A stretch of 43,551 nt of DNA, the filler included, from Catajapyx aquilonaris (lineage: Eukaryota): the NCBI GenBank assembly GCA_000934665.2. It is 2 parts of 2 records of this genome, joined end to end, with 100 filler letters (N's around TTAATTAATTAA, not from the genome) between each part and the next. Parts side by side here need not be neighbours in the genome. Positions count along the whole stretch, not along the records: positions 21,925 to 43,551 come from JYFJ02006009.1; 1 more part is not named here. One strand, 5' to 3'. A program made the translations under genes and the position numbers. Of this stretch, positions 36,763-43,551 are shown piece after piece (the stretch's first letter is position 1; each line of letters opens with the position of its first letter). The notes beneath the pieces were generated by a model, which was not told the origin of the DNA, made no database searches, and saw nothing but the letters and a program-made list of their open reading frames with translations.

Positions 36763-37355
36763 GGTTTTTTGTTCAAACTAACTTCCAACTACTGAATGAC
36801 CCTATAGCAGATACTAGTATCTATTATCAGCTCGACATTAATTTTCTTCATCTGAACACATGCAAGTCCTGGTATAGTGAGTTATGGTGCACAGCCCACT
36901 ACCTAATGTACATTCGTGACCTGATTCACTCCTGGAAACTCAATCATAAAATTGATAACTACTGCCATTAATTTTGCGAATGAAGGTCACTCTTTCTTTT
37001 GTCCAGTGATTTATGGCCCACAGAATTTGGATGTTTGATGGATCCCTCTCACGGTCCCTTACAGTCATAAATTGTGAGTTAGAAGTTCCATGGCAACAAT
37101 CACTATGGAAATCTTGAACTACTCAGCAAATAATTTGTAGTTTTGTGTTCATTTTGTTATGATCCCAAAATGACGGAGGAAAATAAATATTGGTTCCGTT
37201 TGATTCACAATGGGTGGAGAGGCCAGTCTCTGACTTTCACATGTTTGAAGTCTTACAATAATGACTCTGTTCAATGCCATCGACTGTTCTTGAGAAGCTT
37301 ACTCTATTCTTCTTCGGCTCTAATTTATGGTTTGTGCAGCCTACGGATCTGTTTA

Positions 37356-38779
37356 TTATGGCCCTCTAAATTGTGCCAAGACGATCAGATATGTGGTCAC
37401 AGCACCTGCCACCTGCAGAACAAAAAAAACATGGCAGAAAGACACTCAGGACAACAATTAAGAGACCAACTCACAGAGGTCAATAGACTTCGATTGACTG
37501 TGAAATAGTTGGCAGCAGTTATTTCCATGGGAGGACCACTCATCATCCTGATCAGTGACTTCATCTGAAGGGACACAATTCTCCTGATAATGGGGTTTGC
37601 TTAATTAAGTGTCAAGATGAATTCGCTTACGTCTGCTTTGATACGAGTGTTGACAACCTGACGATAGGCGTTGATGATTTCATGCAAGGAAGTCGTGCTC
37701 TGAAAGTGACATAACATTAGTGAACAGAACGGTACGTTTCATTCACAATGGAAATTCCCATACGAGTAGTCTACACTTATGCACATTACCTGCCGTGGAA
37801 TAGATCCCACAGTGATAGCCAGAGTAGCAACTGAAGACGTCATGATGCAAATTCCAATGCACGTAACCACTGTCATAACTGGTGTAAGTGTCGTCAAAAA
37901 TACGTAGAAGAGAGAGCTTATAAACCAAACGAAAACAATCAAGAAAATATTCCCAAGGATCAGCCCATAAATATTGTTCATGATATTCACTAAAGCACCT
38001 AGTTCATAAAAGAGATCCGCGCAACGGCTTATTTCCGTAACCGTTTGGTGATTATACTGGTCCTCCATTGTGTTTGCAATTAGAATTTTGCAAATTTTTG
38101 TAATTTCATTGTTGAAGTGTTGTAAGTGAGACCGGTGAACAAGGGCCAAGAAGATTAACTGAGCAGAAATAATGAACAGCAAGGAAAAAGTGTGCCAGTA
38201 CAATAAGAATATAAACCACGTGTATGGTTCAAATAATAATTGCCATTCAGAAGCAATATAGATTATGAAATTAGACACTACTAATATAGGATTTAAAAAG
38301 CAAGCGGCAACAAGAAACATGGAATATGTTCGCAATGTTTTCTTGTTAGTTGTCACTTCTTGCTTTGAGAACCGGATTATTAGTTTCCAAATCTGGATGA
38401 CTTTGGATTGAACCAAGATGTAGGTAACCCACGGGCCAGCCAGTAAAACACCTTCCATAATGAGAATAGCGGTCATTTCCGTCGGGCTTGCGTAATAATT
38501 GTCATAGTCAATAGTCCACTCCGGTAAAGGATATAGACTGAGTATGGCGATGTAAGTGGCGAGAAAAACCAAGTGGATCATTGTTGGCCATCGTCTGCAC
38601 CACTTCCCTCTCAAGTCTTCCTCTTTCTTGGGCCACGGAAAAGGAGCTACTCCTCCGACCACTGACAAGATGGCCACTGGTCTCAACACTTCCCAAAATG
38701 CATTTTCATTCTCTCCATCGTCTTCTGGTCTCTTCCTCTCCTCCATCTGCATAACTCTATTCGATGTTATCCTGAACAT
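37356..38779 (-). CDS. GR7: gustatory receptor, close paralogue of GR5; exons 38779-37790, 37699-37631, 37564-37475, 37412-37356
   Basis: Intact spliced frame ending VAGAVTTYLIVLAQFRGP*. Confidence 0.92.
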
Positions 38780-38828
38780 GATTAATTTGTTGTCCAATCC
38801 AACTGCCAACTACAGAATGATCCAAGTC

Positions 38829-38975
38829 AAGGGGGTAACCACTTCGTTACTCCGGTGTACACCTGCGTGTGGTACTCTCAGTTACTCCTTAGGCACCTTA
38901 CTCTTTGGTACTCCTTGGTACTCCTTGAATTCGGTACTCCAGTGTACACTTCTCACTCGAGTGGTTAACCCCTTT
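38829..38975. mobile_element. 147-bp MITE with a 9-bp TSD (Mutator-like)
   Basis: ATCCAAGTC on both sides; AAGGGGGTAACCAC / GTGGTTAACCCCTT ends; internal GGTACTCCTT-like repeats. Confidence 0.65.
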
Positions 38976-39640
38976 ATCCAAGTCCCTATTACTGTATGTG
39001 GTAGACATATTCCTCAGAGCATTTGATTCATACAATGACTGCTCTAATTTTTTGTCAATTTGTTGTTCCAAAATAATTTCGCAACAGTGCAAAATGTCCA
39101 TGTTATGAGCATCAATGCAACAAAATACACTGAGACAGTCACAGAGGAGTTAATGATGCTGGTTGCAGTACAAGTAATGCAGTGTATCTAAACCCTCTAA
39201 ATCCGACAATGTATCTGACAAGTATTTCTGCTGAGGTCGTTCAGACAAGCTTTTTGACTGAAATTAATATCCACATTGTCACAGTGAGATATTGCGACTT
39301 TGTGATATTGATCCACAATTTAATGAGGTTTAAAAGTCCATGTGCAGACGATGAATGATTCCCTGGTGATGGATCTATCGGTGGGAAGGTCACCACCTTA
39401 CATGACTCGATTCAGACAGAGCACTCACTCTTGGAAACAATGGCATTAATTTTTCCTTGTCGGCTGTTATTTACGGACTGTCCGGCCCACATAATTTATG
39501 ATTGATGGCCAGACATTAACTGGACGAGGGCGTCCACCTACCATAAGTCATCGAAAATGCTTCAATTCTTGATTCTGATTTATGAGGTTGCCTTTCTATT
39601 ATCAAGCACCATTTAGTTGCATTAGGATAATTATACTTAC

Positions 39641-40122
39641 ATTTACCTTGAGTTGTGGGTTGTTCATAACTCTACCTGCGTAAATTAGATGTGGCAGTGA
39701 CCTTGTGCTCTGAAAGTACCAGATATTCATCTTCATTTCATTACAAAGGACTAAATCGCTGATTTAGTAAAGAGTTAAAGATCATGGTCCACAAATGAGG
39801 GTAGATTTAAAAGAGACAAACCCACCTGCAGGGGAAGGGATCCCAAGATCATCGTGAAGGCAATGACAGCAGGTATTAGGCCTGCCACTATGACTGTGAT
39901 GCCGGGTGCAGGCCATCGTTGGTACCACTTCCAACTCTGCACTTTTCTAGGCCAAGGACAAGGAGCGATTCCGCCAAAGGTGGCCAAAATGAACAGCGGT
40001 CTGAACAAGGTCCAAAACGCGTCTGTTCGCTCATCACTTTCTTCTGGTTGCTTTGTCACATTTACTTGAATCACTGGTGATGTAGGACGCGTAGTAAGAA
40101 AGATGCGATTTGATCTCTTCAT
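39641..40122 (-). pseudogene. GR8: divergent gustatory receptor with a large in-frame internal deletion; exons 40122-39826 and 39709-39641, exons 3-4 not found
   Basis: DAFWTLFRPLFILATFGGIAPCPWP N-terminus joined to the exon-1 end ILGSLPLQ|GT (99 codons versus about 325-330); 69-nt exon 2 STRSLPHLIYAG... Confidence 0.75.
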
Positions 40123-40919
40123 TTTGCTGCAACAAGTGGAAAATACTGTGACCTAAACTCTTGTGCTATGCTCAAACGTACGCACTTTGATGGAACCTGA
40201 CACGACAGTCAAACTGCTCTACTTGCTTCCAAGGCAGCAAAAGAAAGAGGGTGTAGTCCATTTCTGCATCACAACTGATGTACATAATTTAATGTATGTC
40301 TTAAAGAGTGACATTCATGACCAGTCGATGGCAGAGGACAATGCCATTGTTTCCAGGACGGATAGTTATGTCTGCATTTTGTTCAGGTCAGCCTTAGGGA
40401 GTGGCCTTACCACCGATCATCCATCACCACAGCTGAAGATGTGGACAAGCCACATACTTATTTGACTTTGCTTTCATATTTATTTTGCATGATTATTGAT
40501 AAATTTTGATGTATGGGGGGAGAAACAAAGAGACACAAAGACAACAAAGCGGGGTATGGGACCTGCCTCCGCGGAGCCAAAGGGTGACACTCACAGGGAG
40601 ATTCGATGACGGTGATTAATGCCGTTGTGTCCAGAAGGGAGTGTTTGGTCAGGGTGGAGACAGGTCAGGTCAAAGTCAGGGAGCGGCCTCTCCACCAATA
40701 AATCCATAACCAGGCTATAATCTGTCACCTTCCTGTGACTTTATGGTATATCCAATCCTATTCAATATTGTGGACAATGGTGGTCATAAATTTCATCTTC
40801 TGCGCAAGCAGGTTACATGACAGTTTCACCATTGCAGTGGAGTGACACGGATTGCTAAGAGGCAAGGTGCCAACTCAAGGGGACATTCACTAGTTGGCAC
40901 TTGGATTGGACAAGATATT

Positions 40920-42348
40920 ATGCACAGGGTAATGTCCAATAGGGTGATTTCGATGAAGGAAATGAACAGATCAAAAGGCAATGCAAAGATGGACAATGCA
41001 TTTTGGGAAGTGTTGAGACCAGTGGCCATCTTGTCAGTGGTCGGAGGAATCGCTCCTTTTCCGTGGCCTAAGAAAGAGGAGGATTTGAGAGGAAAAAAGT
41101 GGTACATATGGTGGCCAACAATGGTGCACTTTCTTTTGCTCACCACTTATATCGGTGTATTCATTGCCTATCCATTTGAGAACTGGACCAGTGACTATAG
41201 AGCGAAAAACCCGACGGTATATATTACAGATATAATTTTGGATGTGGTTATGCTGGGTGTCCCTTGGATTAACTTCATTTTGGTTCAACCCAGAGTCACT
41301 CAGATTTGGAAACTGATCATCCGCTTCTCTAATCAGGATGTGACAAGTCACAGAAGAAAGTTGCGGAAATATTCTGTGATATTAGTTGCAGCAGGATTTT
41401 TGTCTCCTTTTATGGCTATTTTGAATTTCATATTCGATGCCGCCATTGAAAGGAAGTTATTTGAACCACACTACATGTTTTCACTGTTCTCCTATTGGCA
41501 TTGTTTCTTCTTACTTTTCGTCATTCCTACTCAGTTGATATTCTTAGTTCTTGTTCATCAGTCTCGTCTACAGTATTTTAACGACACAATTGAAGATATC
41601 TGCAATTACATGCATAAAAATGCAGAGGAAGACCAGAATAATGATCAAATTGTAATTAAAACAAGCCGTTGCGCCGATCTCTTTCATGAGCTGGGTGCCC
41701 TAGTGAACATGATGGACAATATTTATGGCATATTTCTTGTCGACATTTTCTTGGCATTCCTCGTTTCGACTACAAGGACTTTTTTCTATATGATTTTGAA
41801 ACCAACCGGCCAACCCGCCATTGTGTCAGTGTTTCAGTTCATCGGAGTTGTCACATGGATATCTGCTGCAGCTGCATTCGCCAATATTGTGGGATCTATT
41901 CCACACCAGGTGAGTATTAATGACCGCAAGTAGAATGATAAATAAATACACCATTATGCTGCACAATGTTATCACTCTTCCAGAGCACAAGGTCTTTATC
42001 TGACCTCATCAACTCGTATCGTCATGTAGTCAACCCCCGCATCAAAGCAGACGTAAGTGCAGTGCCATTATAGTATGCTTCAATCATTATTGGAAATTCA
42101 TTATCAGGAGCATTGTTTCCCTTCAGATGAAGTCAATGATCAGGATGATGAGTGGTCCTCCCATGGAGATAACTGCGGCCAACTATTTCACAGTCAATCG
42201 AAGTCTATTGACCTCCGTGAGTTGGGCATCACAAGTGTGACTTGTTGCCCTGGGTGTCTCAATCTGTCCCTTTTCATTCCCTTTGCAGGTGGCAGGGGCT
42301 GTGACCACATATCTGATAGTCTTGGCACAATTCAAGGGATCGGAATAG
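40920..42348 (+). CDS. GR9: gustatory receptor, inverted relative to the array; exons 40920-41909, 41984-42052, 42127-42216, 42289-42348
   Basis: Intact spliced frame (990/69/90/60 nt) ending VAGAVTTYLIVLAQFKGSE*. Confidence 0.92.
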
Positions 42349-43441
42349 GGCTCAATTTTCAAGAGGACATCTCAATTAACAGTTTACCTTCACATGAGTG
42401 TATCCAATCAAATATTATATTTTTGATTGTAAATAGGCTGATCTCTTTTTATTTTCTCCAAGCACCAGGTAATAACTTAAAACTTAACCTTGGCATATAT
42501 TTATCAGATTGTCATGAATATTGTTGTGTCTGATGATCAATAGTTGCTGCTAATTACTTCACTGGTACCCATGATGTATAAATAGATTTCATGTTCACTC
42601 CGTAACCACTGACAAAGCCAGTAAAAATATTGTAATGTTCACAACACTAGGATCTTTCTTATTTAAAATAATTAATAGCAGCACAATTTTGAACGTTTTG
42701 ACGAGGATTAAGAGAAAACAATTTTTTGAAACACGGTAATTTTGTATAATAAAATTAATGGTATTTTAAAATATAATTTGATAAGTTTGCAAGCTGATGG
42801 GTGGGATGGTGTCGATTTAAATGTAGGATTGTGTCAGATGACAGGAAGGGTTGAAATAAATATATTTTCAGTTTGTTCACGCCCCGCCGCGCCGTTGCCG
42901 GAGGTGCTGAAAATATCTCAGATATATTTAGAATAATTCTAGTGCATCTACATAATGTTAAAACAAACCACTGACCAGCACACATTTTTGAGAGGGTGGG
43001 AAGGTTGATGAAAATGTCTTCATAATAAAGTCAGGAAATGCACTGACGACTTGACATGCAAAACAATGTATGAGGAATTTTCGTCCATTCTAACACATAG
43101 ATTATCTTGAAATATTGATATTAAATGGGTGCCTTCAGAGACTAAGCGAGCAATTTTATGCCCCTCAGAATGGCGGGAAAAGCTTCATTACCGTGTCAAT
43201 GTCAGCAATTTCGACGTTTAAATTGACAACCCCTCATTGTGCCTCGTATCATTCAATATTTCGAAGGCACAAAAGTCGTCATTTTTCACCCAGTTGTTGC
43301 ACATTTGATAATAATTAGTCACTTCATCGCGATCGGGCAAGCCACGTGTTACATTCTCCATAAATAATTTCTGAACGTGATATAGTTGTAATTACCATTG
43401 TAGGCAAAGTATTTTGGCAGCAAAATGTTTTGACCAATTGA

Positions 43442-43478
43442 TATAAAAACTCTGGGAATCAATAGGAGGGGATCAGTC
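43442..43478 (+). promoter_or_regulatory. Candidate TATA box plus arthropod initiator
   Basis: TATAAAA at 43442 and TCAGTC at 43473-43478, about 30 bp apart, followed by gccATGG. Confidence 0.5.
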
Positions 43479-43483
43479 GAGCC

Positions 43484-43551
43484 ATGGAGAGAGAAGTGGT
43501 TGCAGTGTGTCTGTGCGTCTTGGCCTGGGTCACATCTGGTCAAGTCCAGGT
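43484..43551 (+). CDS. Candidate first exon of a secreted or membrane protein (signal peptide), partial
   Basis: MEREVVAVCLCVLAWVTSGQVQ: charged start, hydrophobic core, T-S-G cleavage-like site; strong Kozak context; window ends at CAG-GT. Confidence 0.5.
   Translation, partial: MEREVVAVCLCVLAWVTSGQVQ

Noticed and set aside
38870..38940. CRISPR-like short repeats
   Set aside because: Irregular repeats of about 10 bp without unique spacers, inside a MITE; eukaryotic context and no cas genes

Overview
Eukaryotic, arthropod-like genomic DNA in two parts separated by an assembly gap that carries an artificial TTAATTAATTAA linker (21825-21923). Left part (1-21.8 kb): the 5' portion of a minus-strand spliced ZC3H18 gene. 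Five coding exons were reconstructed with in-phase GT-AG junctions, and the introns are packed with non-autonomous DNA transposons (several are long, near-perfect hairpins), tRNA-derived SINEs and nested insertions. A CTCF-like motif lies upstream. Right part (21.9-42.4 kb): a tandem array of 11 gustatory-receptor (7TM chemoreceptor) loci, named here for convenience GR1-GR9 plus two fragments. Six look intact and five are frameshifted, truncated or internally deleted. Full-length copies share a 4-exon structure with three phase-0 introns and the TY(L/V)I(V/I)xAQF C-terminal motif. The array shows block duplication, mosaic 5' flanks and 3' exons, and a recurring upstream non-coding motif. The last 110 bp look like a TATA+Inr promoter and the signal-peptide exon of another gene. 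All calls come from manual reading; no database searches were run.
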